Of a stretch of DNA of 64,000 bases, positions 11,677-26,563 are shown piece after piece. The DNA is from Chloroflexota bacterium (GTDB lineage: Bacteria; Chloroflexota; UBA11872; VXNJ01). Position 1 is the stretch's first letter, and every line of letters starts with the position of its first letter. The stretch covers positions 1 through 64,000 of the forward strand of contig OZ253449.1 of NCBI GenBank assembly GCA_965261345.1. The letters run 5' to 3'. The translations under genes were made by a program, and so were the position numbers. The notes under the pieces are model-generated. The model was not told the origin of the DNA. It ran no database searches and saw nothing but the letters and a program-made list of their open reading frames with translations.

Positions 11677-12059
11677 TTAACCGCTCCCTGCGATGCGGCG
11701 CACATCCGCCAGAAAGCAAACTCCGTCCTCAGGACCGGCCACGTTTGGCCAAACTTTGGCCGCGCCTAAACCCATCTCGCCCGCCGCGCGCCGATCACGG
11801 CCGCGTGAACTGGTTGTTCGCCGAAGGAGTCGCCCCAATGGCCGGCTGGGGCCTGACCTTGTGGCGTTTGCCCCGCTCAACGCCGTACTTCGATCGAGCC
11901 GAAGAGGGCCATGTCGGGAATCTCGAGCCGTGGCTCCAGAGCCCTTCAGTCGAATCCATCGAAGATGGGATTGGCCTCCCAAGATTGCCAACTCTCCCGT
12001 GTTCATGCTGTTCGCCTGAGGTGGAAGCGATTGTTTTTGATAAGTGAATCTTTTCAAAG

Positions 12060-12731
12060 TTAGCAATTGGTCGATGGTGCACATAGCATCTCCAAGACAG
12101 CCATTACAGCGAAGAGCCGGTTTTCGGCCTGCTCGAAAACAATGGAAGAAGTGTGCTGCAGCATGCCTTCGCTAATCTCTTCACCCATGCGAGCAGGCAG
12201 CGGATGCATGAACACCGCATCAGATGCTGCCAGCCTCATTAGGCTGGGACTCACGGTGTAAGACTGAAAGGCTTTCTTCCTCGCTGTTTGTTGACCGTCC
12301 TGGTTCATGCTCGTCCAGACATCGGTATATATGACGTTTGCACCGGCAACCGCTTCTATAGGGTTGCGAATCAGCTCAATCGTGCTCCCAGTCTCCCCTC
12401 CAATTGCCTTACTAGCCGTAACCACTTCCTCGCGCAATTCATAACCTGGAGGCGCTGAATGAACGAAGTTGGCTCCTGTTAGGGCCATAGACAACGCGAG
12501 ACTTGAGGCTACGTTGTTTCCATCGCCCACAAAAACAACCCTGCTTCCGAATAATGGCCTCCGTTCACTGATGGTAATAAGGTCGCCAAGGGCTTCACAT
12601 GGATGCTCTTTATCGGACAGGGCATTCACGACAGGCACATTAGCTCCTGCAACTAATGCGTCTAAAGTTTCATGTTTGTTGACCCTGGCAACAATGCCAT
12701 GTGACCAGAGAGATAGTGTTCTTGCAACATC
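12060..12731 (-). pseudogene. argF: ornithine carbamoyltransferase, N-terminus replaced by the IS3 end
   Basis: NALSDKEHPCEALGD, GDGNNV, YTDVWTSM, FMHPLP, EQAENRL; STRT motif missing and sequence upstream of 12731 is the IS3 terminal repeat. Confidence 0.8.
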
Positions 12732-14047
12732 TGGCAGGTCCCCGGTTTTGGTACCAGGTGGTTTGAGACATTGTCTTGTGGGAGGGTGCCGCCAGCTCTC
12801 CTGCAGGAGAGCTGGCGGCGAAGCTGATATTGCGGCCGCCCGTAGCACCCACGAAGACGGACGCCGGGCCGTCGATGAGGCCGGCCAGCAGCAGCCGGAT
12901 TGCAACCGGAAGTTGATCCATCACGCCGCCGCCTCGATCGCTTCCAGGGGCGATAGGTAGCCGAGCGCCGAGTGCGGGCGCACGGTGTTGTAGTCGATCC
13001 GGAAGCGCTCCAGCATCACCCTGGCTTCTTCGAGGGTGAAGAATATCTCGCGGTCCAGGAGCTCGTCGCGGAGCTTGGATATGAACGATTCCGCATAGGC
13101 GTTCTCCCATGGTGCTCCGGGCTTGATGTAGACGGTCTTGACCTGGTTTGCCGATAGCCATTGCCTTATCGCTTTGGCAGTAAATTCGGGGCCGTTGTCA
13201 GAGCGGATGTGCTCGGGGACCCCGCGGATGAGCATGAGGTCGGCGATTGTCTCGATCACGTCCCGGGCAGGGAAGGATCGGGCCGCCCGGGCCGCTAAGG
13301 CCACGCGGGTGAACTCATCGACCACGGTAAGGATCCGCAGTGGTCTGCCGTCCTCGGTGCGCTGGTTAAGCAAAGTCGTAGGCCCAGACGTGATTCGGGC
13401 GCTCGGCCATAAGCCGCGTAGAGCGTCCGTTCTTAAAGCCAGAGGCGCGACTTCTTGACCTTTCGGATCGGGACCTTAAGGCCCTGCGCGCGCCAGATGC
13501 GCAGGACCCGCTTGCGGTTCAGTTTCCAGCCCGAGTGTTTAAGCAGGGCGGTGATGCGCTTGTAGCCATAGCGGGGGTGCTTGAGGGAAAGCATCCTGAT
13601 CTCGGCGGTGAGGTTGTCCTCTTCCGGATCGGGTTTTGGGATGTAGCGCTGGGTGCGGCGCGATTGGCCCAGCACCCGGCAGGCTCTTCGTTCAGACACC
13701 GGGAACTTGGCCCGGACGTGGTCGACGCACTTGCGCCGCCGCTCCGGGCTTAGAAGTTTCCTTAAGGCCTCTCATTGAAGGATCTGGTTGTCGAGCGTTA
13801 GATCGGCCACCGCGTGTTTTAAGCGCTTGTTCTCCTCGCGCAGGCGCTTGTTCTCCTTGGCCTCGGCGAGCGTCATCCCGCCGTAGCGGGAGCGCCAGCG
13901 GTAATAGGTCTGGACGTTGATCGCCGCCTGGCGGCAGCTCTGCTCGACCGTGTCGCCCTGGGCGACGCCCAGCTCTATGGCCCGGAGCTTGTTGATGATC
14001 TGTTCGGGCGAGTACTTGCGCTTCGCCATTGCAGTCCCCTTGTATGT

Positions 14048-15180
<1,133 letters not shown>

Positions 15181-15371
15181 ACGCCTGGCAGGTCCGATCG
15201 CTCTTGCGGGCAAGGTCCCTGGCGAAGCCATGCCCGGGATCGGGCTATTGCGGCGATTACGCATCCGGTTATCGCCTGTCGATCGGGCTGCGGTCACTAT
15301 GAACCGCGGTCGGGGCGCTGGATCTATCCTCCCCTTTCTCCTGGACCCCTCTGACCCCACCTCTGCCGGAA

Positions 15372-15393
15372 TTGACAATCAAGACAATTGCTT
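15372..15393 (+). promoter_or_regulatory. -35 half of the IS110-A circle-junction promoter
   Basis: Joining the ends at CTT gives TTGACA-17 nt-TATGTT immediately upstream of the bridge-RNA region. Confidence 0.75.
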
Positions 15394-15422
15394 CATTGGT
15401 ACCAGAGGGAATGTGAATAATC

Positions 15423-16105
15423 TGGTTCCAACGAAAAGGGACTGCAATGGCGAAAAGAAAGTACTCGCCCGATGGGGACCGGCACCGTCACGGCAGCCTG
15501 CGCGGCGGGTCGCATTCACCCCGCAGCGCCGATTTGGTTACTTGTAGATCTAGTTGGCTCTTTGCAGGGCCCAGTTCTTCGGCGCCGGCACCAGCTCGCC
15601 GGTCGTACCGTCAACGTCGTCGCGACAGTCCACCATCTTGCCGATCTGCCACATCGAATCCCGGGACATGTAGCGGCATTCGGAGGCGATCCACTTATCG
15701 TACTGTTCGCTCATGATCGCCCCACTAGTCCTGGGCTAATCCCGCTGCACCCAGCGCAACGTCCCAAGTCCCGATCCCGAGGAAGACAACCTGGTAGCCG
15801 AGATCAGCATGCTGGCGCTCAAGCATCCCCACTACGGCCACCGCCGCATCACCGGCCTGCTTGAAGCGCTCGGACTGGAAGGTGAGCCCAAACTGGTCCT
15901 TCAGATCTGCGTCAGCAGGGACCCAAGGTCCCGATCCGGCAACGCAAGAAGCCGCGCCTGTGGCTCGAGGACAGGCACTCGGTGCGCCTGAATCCCTGGC
16001 GTCGCAACCGCGTCGGTTGCTATGAATTCGCCTACGTGCACACCGAGAATGGCAGGCCGATCAGGCTCCTTACCGAGATCCTTTACGACATAAATCGCGG
16101 CCACC
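15423..16105 (+). pseudogene. IS3 remnant (orfA start 15447; orfB pieces ~15760-16100) containing an IS256 3'-end fragment on the minus strand (~15470-15725)
   Basis: MAKRKYSP start; HPHYGHRRI; 15500-15720 resembles the reverse complement of 58230-58420. Confidence 0.65.
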
Positions 16106-16184
16106 GCCCGGACTACGACACCAGTTCAGGGCCGTCTATCGGAGAATTCCAAAATTGACGAGTCGAATTGGAAAGGCCAGAGTC

Positions 16185-16385
16185 ATGTCGGAAGTAGCTG
16201 AGGTTCAGCGAGCCGTTATTGGTCTGTCCAAGTCCCAATACTCTCAATTCGTAAGTTGGCTTATTGAGTACGACTGGGAGCAATGGGATAGGCAAATTGA
16301 AGTCGATTCAGGAGCAGACAAATTGGATTTCCTCGCATTTAAAGCCTTGGAATCGAAACGGCGCGGCACTCTGACTGACCTTTAG
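16185..16385 (+). CDS. small acidic putative antitoxin
   Basis: WEQWDRQIEVDS...KLDFL; stop overlaps the start of the following toxin-like gene. Confidence 0.6.
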   Translation: MSEVAEVQRAVIGLSKSQYSQFVSWLIEYDWEQWDRQIEVDSGADKLDFLAFKALESKRRGTLTDL

Positions 16386-16639
16386 TGCATCGGACTACGC
16401 GGGAGTTTTGGGAGTTATACGAACAGCTACCTGAATCGGCAAGAAACGTCGCAAGGAGTAACTTTGAGCTTCTCAAGGTCAATCGGCGACACCCCTCCCT
16501 CCGATTCAAGAAAGTCGGGAAATATTGGTCGGCTCGAGCCGGGATTTCTTACCGTGCACTTGCGGTAGTTGATGGTCCGGATTTCATCTGGGTATGGATT
16601 GGCACACACAGTGAATACGACCAACTCGTCAATGCATGA
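16385..16639 (+). CDS. RelE/ParE-like toxin
   Basis: HPSLRFKKVG...SAR...YRAL...WVWIGTHSEYD pattern. Confidence 0.75.
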   Translation: MHRTTREFWELYEQLPESARNVARSNFELLKVNRRHPSLRFKKVGKYWSARAGISYRALAVVDGPDFIWVWIGTHSEYDQLVNA

Positions 16640-17220
16640 TCTTTACTCGCAACTTTTGCCGCAATCTGGCCTATTGTGATTCGATTCGCCGCCCGGCATG
16701 TTTGAACACCTGTACCACCTGTGAAGGGACGAGCTATTTGAATGAGCGGACGTCATTCATTTAGTGCATTAACAAAAGACTTCACTCGGCAACGCTGCAA
16801 ACGTGTCGATGAAATCGAGCGCGACCTGAAAGCCGAGAGCCGGTGCGCGAATTCCGCCAAGCGCTCGCGCTAACGCAGCGGGAGCGTTCTTCAACTGAAT
16901 CAACGCGGCAATCCGATTCCTAGCCACGGATCTGAATTGGCATATGACCAGGAACGCCCCGTGAAGGCCAACGGATTGTTCCGGTTCTGGCAGACTGCCC
17001 CAAGTCGAGTCAAAGATCTGACCGCTCGCAGGTCGTTGTGAACCACTAAACGCCGTCCGAGAACTCGGCCTTACTCGCGACGGCCCTGCGTCCACTACGC
17101 CATCACCTACCGCGTTTCCCACGTGATCGAATACGCACTGCTTTGACGGAAGCGCGTCAGGTCAACGGAGCTATTAGCAATTGTCTTAAGTGGCAAATTG
17201 CCACAAACCGCCGAAATAGC

Positions 17221-18592
17221 GATCACGTCCCGCCATGTGGTGTAAAAGCGCCAGCTTGATGTAAGCCCGAGCACGATGAAAAAGGGCCATCGTGCAATCC
17301 TCTACCGAAGTCTCTCTACTTACTTCGCAGAGGAGCCACATCGATGGCCCGATTTGATTATCAATCCCTGATCACCCAGCTGTCCGCTGACGGTTTCGAC
17401 AGCGGCGAGTTCGTCCGCCAGCTGGTCCAACGCGGCTACCAGGAGCTAATCGACGCCCCGGCGCGCAAGCCCACATCGGCGCCGCCCCGCACGAGCGCAC
17501 CAGCACCCGCAAGAACCGGCGCAACGGTTCGCGTAAGCGCACCCTTTCCACCACCGCCGGCGACGTCCAGATCGCCCTGCCCAAGCTCCGATCAGGCAGT
17601 TACTACCCCGAGTTCATGGAGAGACGGCGTCGCATCGACCGGGCCCTGTACGCGGTCGTGATGACCGCCTACATCGAGGGAGTCTCCACCCGCAAGGTGG
17701 ACGAGCTGGTCAAATCACTGGGCATTAACAGCGGCGTCTCCCGCTCGGAAGTCTCGCGCATCTGCCAGGGGATCGACGCGATGGTCGCCGCCTTCCGGGA
17801 GCGCGACCTCTCCCGTACCGGCTACCCCTACCTCTACGTGGACGCCACCTACATAAAAGCCCGCTCCGGCCATGCGGTGCGTTCTCGGGCAGTGGCGATC
17901 GCGATGGCGGTAAACGAAGACGGCCGGCGTGAGCTGCTGGGCCTTGAGGTCGGCCGCGGCGAGGACCAGGTTTTCTGGGAGGACTTCCTGCGCTCCCTGA
18001 CAGGGCGCGGCCTCAGGGGGGTGAAGCTGGTCATATCCGACGCCCACAGCTCCATCGCCGCGGCGGTGGAGAGAATCCTGCCCGATGCTTCATGGCAGGC
18101 CTGCCGCATCCACTTCGGGCGCAATATCGCCCGCCGGATCAGGCCCGGTAAGCGGCAGCTGGCGATGGCCGCGTTCGCCGCGATCTTCATCCAGCCCGAC
18201 CGCTAAGCGCGCGGTCTCCACCTACCACGCCTTCGCCGTAGCCATGGGGCAGCTGGATCCGCGCCTGGGCGACTACGTAGACGACCGCGAGGCCAGAGCT
18301 TACCGCGTTTGCTGACTTCCCGCCCCAGCACTGGCGCAAGATCTGGTCCACCAATCCCCTGGAGCGGCTGATGGCCGAGATAAAGCGGAGAACCAGGGTG
18401 GTGCAGCTCTTCCCCGACGATGCCTCGGTCATCCGCCTGGTGGGGGCGATATGGGCCGAGCAGAACGACGAATGGCTTGCCGCCGAGCGCAGGTACATGT
18501 CCAGGAAGTCCATGGGCATGGTCGGCCGGGTGGTGGCGATCGCCGGAGACGACGGATCGGGTTACGCTCTGGTGCCGGCCCCGAACTTCTGA
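17221..18592 (+). mobile_element. IS256-family element, frameshifted transposase
   Basis: Left IR GATCACGTCCC...GTGGTGTAA; GVSTRKV, YVDATY, STNPLERL; right end not located. Confidence 0.85.
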
Positions 18593-18838
18593 GCTGACTC
18601 CTGGGCCCGCGGGCCCAGGAGGCGCTCCGACGGCAAGGGCGCGTCTCGGGGTCCCCGGGTTCGCCTACCCAAAACCCTGCCCGCCAGCGCGCCAATACCG
18701 GAGATCGCCGGGGCGTTGCTGCTGGCCGCCGCCAAAAGGGCCTACCTAACCATCTCGCCGCTAGCGCGAAACGCGCTCAAGCGCTGTTCGAAAGTTGTGT
18801 TACGAGATTAGGAACCGAGCTATTGCCGGTCACTTGGA

Positions 18839-19444
18839 TCAATTCATCCAGGGAGGCACGTCGGGCGGGTCGGCCCAATCGGAGAGAAATGTCGGCAGGT
18901 CCCGCCCGCGCGGGTCAGGCGGAATAGGGGATTCGCCGTCGTCGGATGACCAGCGCCGTTCGTACTGATCTGGCATCGTGCCCCAGCCCCAAATCGCAAT
19001 TGGAGTTGGCGGCAATGGGCCAAATATCGCCGCCGGCCCGAGATGATCTACCGGATCCACTCGTTTAGGTCCGACAGTGCAATGGTGATCCCAATCATCG
19101 CCAAAATCGAACGTAAACGCGAACTCTTCATTGAGTCGGAGACGCGAGAGATTGACCTTGAACATATCGAGCATTTCGGGTTCATCTTCGAAGTCGGGCT
19201 CAAAATCTGACAACCGAGTCCCATCGGCCAGCTCAATCAAATTCAAATGTGCGAGGTCCCAGCGGGCAAAATCGCGGTTTATGGCCACCACCAGATCTCC
19301 GAACGAGTGCGTCCGCGACGCCAAGAAAGTCCGCCCGGGGCGCGGCCAAAGTCGTTGCGACCTTCCACCTACTAACTCAACTGCGATTACTAGCCAGTTT
19401 CGCACCTGAACATCGACACCTTGTGAATCCTGCGAACACGGCAA
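18839..19444 (-). CDS. pRiA4b ORF-3-like (IS1096 TnpR-like) protein
   Basis: F..W..AHL and FTFDFGDDWDH motifs. Confidence 0.65.
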   Translation of the reverse strand: MPCSQDSQGVDVQVRNWLVIAVELVGGRSQRLWPRPGRTFLASRTHSFGDLVVAINRDFARWDLAHLNLIELADGTRLSDFEPDFEDEPEMLDMFKVNLSRLRLNEEFAFTFDFGDDWDHHCTVGPKRVDPVDHLGPAAIFGPLPPTPIAIWGWGTMPDQYERRWSSDDGESPIPPDPRGRDLPTFLSDWADPPDVPPWMN

Positions 19445-19454
19445 TTATTTCAAC

Positions 19455-19820
19455 TTGCCGAAACCGATTGCCGCCATAAGGCATCCGAGCGAATTCTGCC
19501 GGCCGCATATTCCGACCACGCCGTCAGCAGTTGCCTCAACGCCGCCCGTCGTCTGGAAATCGGCGGCGGCGGCGGCCTCACCGCGGCAGATATTTGCGCT
19601 CTGCCGGCACCACCAGGCCGCCGCCGTTCGCCTGGCGACGGTGCGGGACCTGCTCCAACCTCTTGCCGAGCAGGAATGGATCCATTCATATGCGGAGCGA
19701 GTGCAGCCGCGGCGAATCCAAGAGCTTCTTGAACAGGTCGACCATCTCTTAGACCGGCCGTCGCTTCGCCCGCTATCAGGGATTCGGACCGGCTCCGGCT
19801 TCAACTGGGCACGTAGTTGA
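19455..19820 (+). CDS. hypothetical protein
   Basis: ORF only; start uncertain. Confidence 0.3.
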   Translation: MPKPIAAIRHPSEFCRPHIPTTPSAVASTPPVVWKSAAAAASPRQIFALCRHHQAAAVRLATVRDLLQPLAEQEWIHSYAERVQPRRIQELLEQVDHLLDRPSLRPLSGIRTGSGFNWARS

Positions 19821-19859
19821 CACCGCGTCAGGCCGGGGTGGCGGCTGAGGCGAACTTAT

Positions 19860-20237
19860 TCAATACGGCGATTGGAGATCCGCGATCATCGGGAAGTGGC
19901 GGATATTTAGGGTCCAAAGTCGGGCCCCAAAGCGTTCGACCGTCGCAGCGATCACATAATCGACTGGATCGATTCCGGGGTGCGATTGAATGAACCGGTT
20001 CGCAAGCATTCCGGCCCTATCGGCGAGGTCCTCGTCGACGGCAATCCAGTGGAGGTTGTCCAATAGGCGTCGGGTGACCGGTTCCTCCGCAGCGCGCATT
20101 CCCGCCAAGACTTCGACCTTGGACAGTACGGAAGCCGCCAGTATCTCACCTTCGGTCAGCGCATGACGAAGCGCGGCGCGAGCAGAGTGTTCGCCGCGTA
20201 GGTGGTCGATAAGCACCGATGTGTCCACCACGATCAC
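19860..20237 (-). CDS. vapC: VapC PIN-domain toxin
   Basis: VVDTSVLID, D.VIAAT, WTLNIRHFP. Confidence 0.9.
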   Translation of the reverse strand: MIVVDTSVLIDHLRGEHSARAALRHALTEGEILAASVLSKVEVLAGMRAAEEPVTRRLLDNLHWIAVDEDLADRAGMLANRFIQSHPGIDPVDYVIAATVERFGARLWTLNIRHFPMIADLQSPY

Positions 20238-20491
20238 CGACTGTCAGCCAATCGGCGCTCCATGCCGCGACGAAGGCAATCAACGTAGCTTGCCCCATCA
20301 ATTTGGCGCCCACCCCAGGACGCAAAACTCACTTCAAGTGCGATGGCCATGTCTTCGGCGGGCGCGGGGCCATAGCACTTGACGACTGCGCGGCGAACCA
20401 ATTCAGCCAGACTTTGACCGGAAGCCTCAGATTGTTCAAGCAGCAAGCGGTACTGATCGTCTGTCAGCGTTATCTGCGTTCGGTGGCTCAT
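20234..20491 (-). CDS. ribbon-helix-helix antitoxin (VapB-like)
   Basis: RTQITL...SLAELVRRAV; GTGA overlap with vapC. Confidence 0.8.
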   Translation of the reverse strand: MSHRTQITLTDDQYRLLLEQSEASGQSLAELVRRAVVKCYGPAPAEDMAIALEVSFASWGGRQIDGASYVDCLRRGMERRLADSR

Positions 20492-20703
20492 GATGTAATG
20501 CTACATCACTTCATTTGCAACGAGCTAACCGACAGATTGTTTGAGCGTGATGCGCCGCGACAAACCGGGCGCCGCGCATAAAGTCAATTGATCAGCGGGC
20601 GCGCGCGGAATGCCATCCGCCGCGACAATAGGGCCTTTCAACCGGAGTCGCCGTCCGATGGAATTCACCGCTATGCAGCCCGGCGACAACCCCAATCCTG
20701 TAC

Positions 20704-22058
<1,355 letters not shown>

Positions 22059-22096
22059 TAAAGATGTTAAGGGCTTATCTAAAGGGAGGGATTCCT

Positions 22097-25000
22097 TTGG
22101 ACCAATTTGATTGGTTCGCCGGCATCGACTGGGCGACTACCGCCCACCAGGCGTGCATCATCGATGGGGACGCCAATGACCATGGCCAGCAGAGCTTTGC
22201 GCACTCCGGCCAGGGTCTTGGGGAAATGGCTGCCTGGCTGGCGGATTGCACCGCTGCGGACCCCGAATCCATCGCCATTGCGATCGAGGTGCCGCATGGA
22301 GCGGTTGTGGAGAGTCTGCTGCTTTCCGGCTTTGCGGTCTTCTCGATCAACCCGAAGCAGTCCGATCGCTTTCGCGACCGTAGCTCGCCGGCCGGAGCCA
22401 AGGATGATCGGCGTGATGCCCGGGTATTGGCCGATGCCCTGCGGACCGACCGAGCCAGCTTCCGGCGCCTGGAGCTGCCCGACCCGCGGGTGGTCGAGCT
22501 GCGGGATCTAACCCGCATCGTTGAGGACCTGACCCGCCAGCGAACCCGACTGAGCAATCGCATTCGCCAGCAGCTGGGCCGCTACTACCCGCAATTTGCG
22601 GAGTTGAGCAACAACCTGACGGAAATCTGGCTGCTCGAACTGTGGCGCATGGCGCCGACACCGGCTAAGGCCCAGGCTTTGCGCAAAGCTCGTGTCGCCC
22701 GGCTGCTCAAGCGCAATCGTATCCGCCGCATTGATGCTGGCGGCGTTTTGGAGATACTGCGCCAACCGGCCTTGCGGGTTGCCCCGGGAACGATGGAAGG
22801 CGCCGTCCGGCGGATAGGCGTCATGGTTGAGCAGATTCTGTTGGTCAAGCATCAGATCTCTGATGCCAATAGCCAACTTGATCAGACGATCGAGGCCCTG
22901 GCCGAGAGCGAGTCGCAAACCGGTGGCGGGCAGCGCGACGTGGCCATCCTCAAATCCATGCCTGGAGTTGGCAGGATGGTCCTCGCCACGCTACTGGCGG
23001 AAGCACATGAGCTTCTTCGACGAAGGGATTATCCGGCCTTGCGCTGCTTTAGCGGCAATGCTCCGGTCACCAGGCGTTCCGGCAAGAGCATGATGGTGGT
23101 GCGCCGGGACGTGTCCCACGGTGTGGTGTAACTAAGCCGTCCTCTACGTTTAGGGGTTCGGCAGCTGCAACTCTACAGAGTTGCAGCTGCCGGCAGGGCC
23201 GGCAGATGGTTGCTGGGGCTTGCTGGGGGAGTTTCGAGTCCTTGGCTGTGACGGCGACTGCCGGTAAGGCGTCCATCATTTTGCCAGTTGCGACCATGGC
23301 GCGGTCGCGGTCATATGGGCTTCCATGGGTCCGAAGGCCGGCCCCGGCCCGTAACGGCTCGCATTCGGGCTCACCGGGCCGGGTTTGTTGGGAAAGTCGG
23401 CCCAATTCGACGCTAGTGATCCTTATTTAGGCCCAGCTAGCGCCCAGCCGGGCGCACGACCTTCTATTTCCCTGGAGGGCGCTACGGCCCCCGGCGGCGG
23501 TTGCTACCCCGCCGGCAATGCCAGCGGGGACTGCCTCTCTCCCGGAGATGGGGGTTGGCCGATTAAGGCCATCGAGTGCCTGGACATATAGCGGCGCTCG
23601 GATGCGAGCCATTCGTCGTTCTGCTCAATTAGGACCGCTCCGATAAGGCGCAGGACCGAGTCATCGTCGGGGAAGAGCTGCACTACCCGGGTGCGGCGCT
23701 TTAGCTCGCCCATAACGCGCTCCAGGGGATTGGTGGACCAGATCTTGCGCCAGTGCGAAGGCGGGAAGGCGGTGTAGGCAGTCAGGGCGATCTCGGAGTC
23801 CTCGAGGATCGTGGACAGTTCCGGATACTTGCGCTCTAAGCGATTGGCGAAATCTCCGAAGGCGTCCATGGCGCTCTGCTTGTCAGCCTGCCCAAACAGC
23901 GACGCCAGTCCGGCTGCCACCAGCCCGCGGTCGCCGCTTCTGACCCTTGGCAGAAGATTGCGCCCAAAGTGTGTCCTGCACGTCTGCCAGGCGGCCTCGG
24001 GAATAAGCTTTGTCACCGCGTTGCCGATGGCTTGGTTCCCATCGGAGATCACCAGCCGCACGCCGGATAGACCGCGCGTTACCAGGGAGGCGATCAAGTC
24101 CTCCCAGAAGCCCTGCGCTTCGCTGTGGCCGATTGCAAGCCCCAGCAGCTCGCGATGGCCGTTCTCGTTTATGGCCATTGCTATGCCCACCGCCCGCGAC
24201 CTTACCGCATGCGCGTTTCGGGCTTTTACGTAGGTGGCGTCGAGATAGAGGTACGGGAAGGTCGTATGCGCGAGATCGCGTTCGCGGAAGGCATTGACCA
24301 GCTCGTCGATGCCTTTGCAGATCCTTGACACCTCGGACCTGGAGATCCCGGCGTTTACTCCCATCGCCTCCACCAGCTTGTCGACCTTGCGGGTGGAGAC
24401 GCCCTTGCTGTAGGCGGTCATGATGACGCCGTAGAGGGCCTGGTCGATGCGGCGCCGCCGCTCCAAGAACTCGGGGTAGTAGCTGCCTTGGCGCAGCTTG
24501 GGCAGGGCAATCTCGATGTCGCCCGCCCGGGTGGAGAGGGTGCGCTTGCGCGAGCCATCAAAGCCGATTGCGACGCTCGCCGTTGCGCTCGTGCGGTTGG
24601 GCGCCGATGTTTTCGGCCAGGCCGGCGTCAATAAGTTCCTGGTAGGCGTGCCGTACGGCGCTGCGGACGAATTCGCTGCTGTCAAACCCTTGCTTGGCGA
24701 TAAGGGCAAGCAAGGTCTGATAATCAAGTTGGGCCATCGATGGTTCCTCGACGAAGTAAGTGAAGTGACTCCGTAGAGGTTTACACGATGGCCCTTTGTC
24801 ATCGCGTTGGCTTAGTTGATCAAGCGGGTGCTCTTACACCACTCCAGGGGACGTGATCGTGCGCCGTAGGGCCTACCACCATCGTGTCGGCCAGGCGATG
24901 TGGCACTGGTCGCGCATCGCCATCATTTGTGACCCGGGCTCTCGACGCAAGTACGATGCCTTGCGAGCGCGCGGTCACAGCCATGCCAGATCGCTGCGGA

Positions 25001-25098
25001 CGGTGGGCGATCGGTTATTGGCGGTTGCCTGCGCCATGCTGGAAAGTCAGACGTTATACCAGGCTAATCACCAGGGAGGCAGCGCCCAACCAGCTTGA
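22097..25098 (+). pseudogene. IS110 recombinase of element B', split by IS256
   Basis: TTG 22097 after GGGAGG; GIDWA, AKDDRRDA, TRRSGK; removing IS256 and one TSD restores VVRRRAYHHR. Confidence 0.85.
23107..24858 (-). mobile_element. IS256-family element (transposase ~23504-24738, frameshift near 24560)
   Basis: ~25-bp imperfect IRs; 8-bp TSD GTGCGCCG at 23099-23106 and 24859-24866. Confidence 0.9.
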
Positions 25099-25115
25099 CA
25101 AATAGTAGAAAGTCC

Positions 25116-25500
25116 ACCGAAAATCACTGAGCAGGCCAGCCCTTAAAAAGCAAAAAGTGCTCTCTCATATCTGGGGAAGTTGTTTTTTACCAACAAAACA
25201 ACCCAGAATCAGCGAGCACTTTCTAGCTGCTACCAATTCCTGGCCCCGACCGCATCCGGACCGCCTTCGACGAGCAGCGCCTGGTGGCCAACGCCGGACT
25301 GCTGCTGCCCATCACCCCGGCCGATCGCCTGGATCTGGGAGAACTTGCCAACGAGCGTCTTGACCTGGGCGCAAAACCGGGCCGGGCCAACGTCGGCGAC
25401 AAGCTGCTCACGCTGGTCTGCTCGGCCCTTGCCGGCGGAGACTGCACTGACGACGCTGACGTATTGCGCGCTGGCGACACCGCTCGCATCCTGGAACATG
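25116..25500 (+). pseudogene. IS1380-family left end and 5' transposase fragment
   Basis: Homologous to the start of the 46458-48134 element (AGCAAAAAGTGCTCTCTC; VANAGL...GGDC.DDAD.LR). Confidence 0.75.
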
Positions 25501-25581
25501 CAAGGTTTACGAACCCGGTGATCGAGCTCGGCATGAAACGCTGAAACTGCGTTAATAAATCCCATAGCAATCGATCGAAAA

Positions 25582-25986
25582 GTGTTCAACATGGCCAAAC
25601 CTCGACGGCGAAATCGCAAATCCAAGCGCAAGGGTCCGGTGGATGAAATCATCGACCAAGAAGTCGATGATTGGTGTTCAACATTCAGACGCGCCTTGGC
25701 AGATCCGGTCGATCAATGGCTCAATGCGATGGTGGCGGACTTTTCGCGCGAAATTGGTGGTGCCGACCCGCAAGAGCGCAAGCGTTTGCGCGAACTCGTC
25801 AGGCAGGCAGCCGCAATGTCTTCCGCTCTCGAGTTTCTGGACCGCATACAAGACGGATCGGATGAATCTCTTCCGCCGATCACAACTTCCCTCGCGGCTA
25901 TGCGCGACACAGCGGTGCGCGAGCTTGTATATGTTTCGATGCTTAACAGAATTACCGCTCTTCCCGATTGGCGTCATCGCCAATAA
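25582..25986 (+). CDS. hypothetical protein
   Basis: 134-aa ORF with plausible composition; no motif recognised. Confidence 0.45.
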   Translation: MFNMAKPRRRNRKSKRKGPVDEIIDQEVDDWCSTFRRALADPVDQWLNAMVADFSREIGGADPQERKRLRELVRQAAAMSSALEFLDRIQDGSDESLPPITTSLAAMRDTAVRELVYVSMLNRITALPDWRHRQ

Positions 25987-26563
25987 TCGGGTCTTTTTTG
26001 GATTTGATGACGATCCCTCGGAGTTCACCTACACACGCAGGCCAAACCGCGCGAAAAGAAAGTACGCTAATGCTGAAATCTGCTGGATTGTTCACGAAAC
26101 GAGGGCTTCGCTTCGCCGAGCTCACGGAAACCCCGCGTCGCAGCTTGGCGGAGGCCAGATATTGGGACCGATGAATAGCATCAGGGTGTAGGGATCCTGC
26201 AGCGCAAGCCGCTCAAATGATGGGATCGCAGGCATCGATCTATGGCCGACACAATGCCTGGACGTCGCAATTGCCCGTGTCCTTTTGCGGGGAATTCACC
26301 ACCTGCATCGAATCAATGATCGAGTGATGGCCATTGCAATCGAGCACCCACCGCGGGGTGTACATCGGTTCTTGCCAACCGATAGTGTCAGTGATGCATC
26401 TCGGGTTCGGGTGCGCGCTGCCAAGCAGGGACAATATTGTTTCTAAGAGTCCGCGCCGTAGAAAAATCCCGTGGCCAGGCAACGCTGTAGGCGGACATCC
26501 CAATCTGCACGGAAGTGTGCGGATTTGATGGCCGGGAGCGTGCAATAGTTTTGGCCATGAGTG

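Noticed and set aside
12732-12905. Novel N-terminus on the ArgF ORF
   Set aside because: Derived from IS3 terminal sequence read in frame by chance
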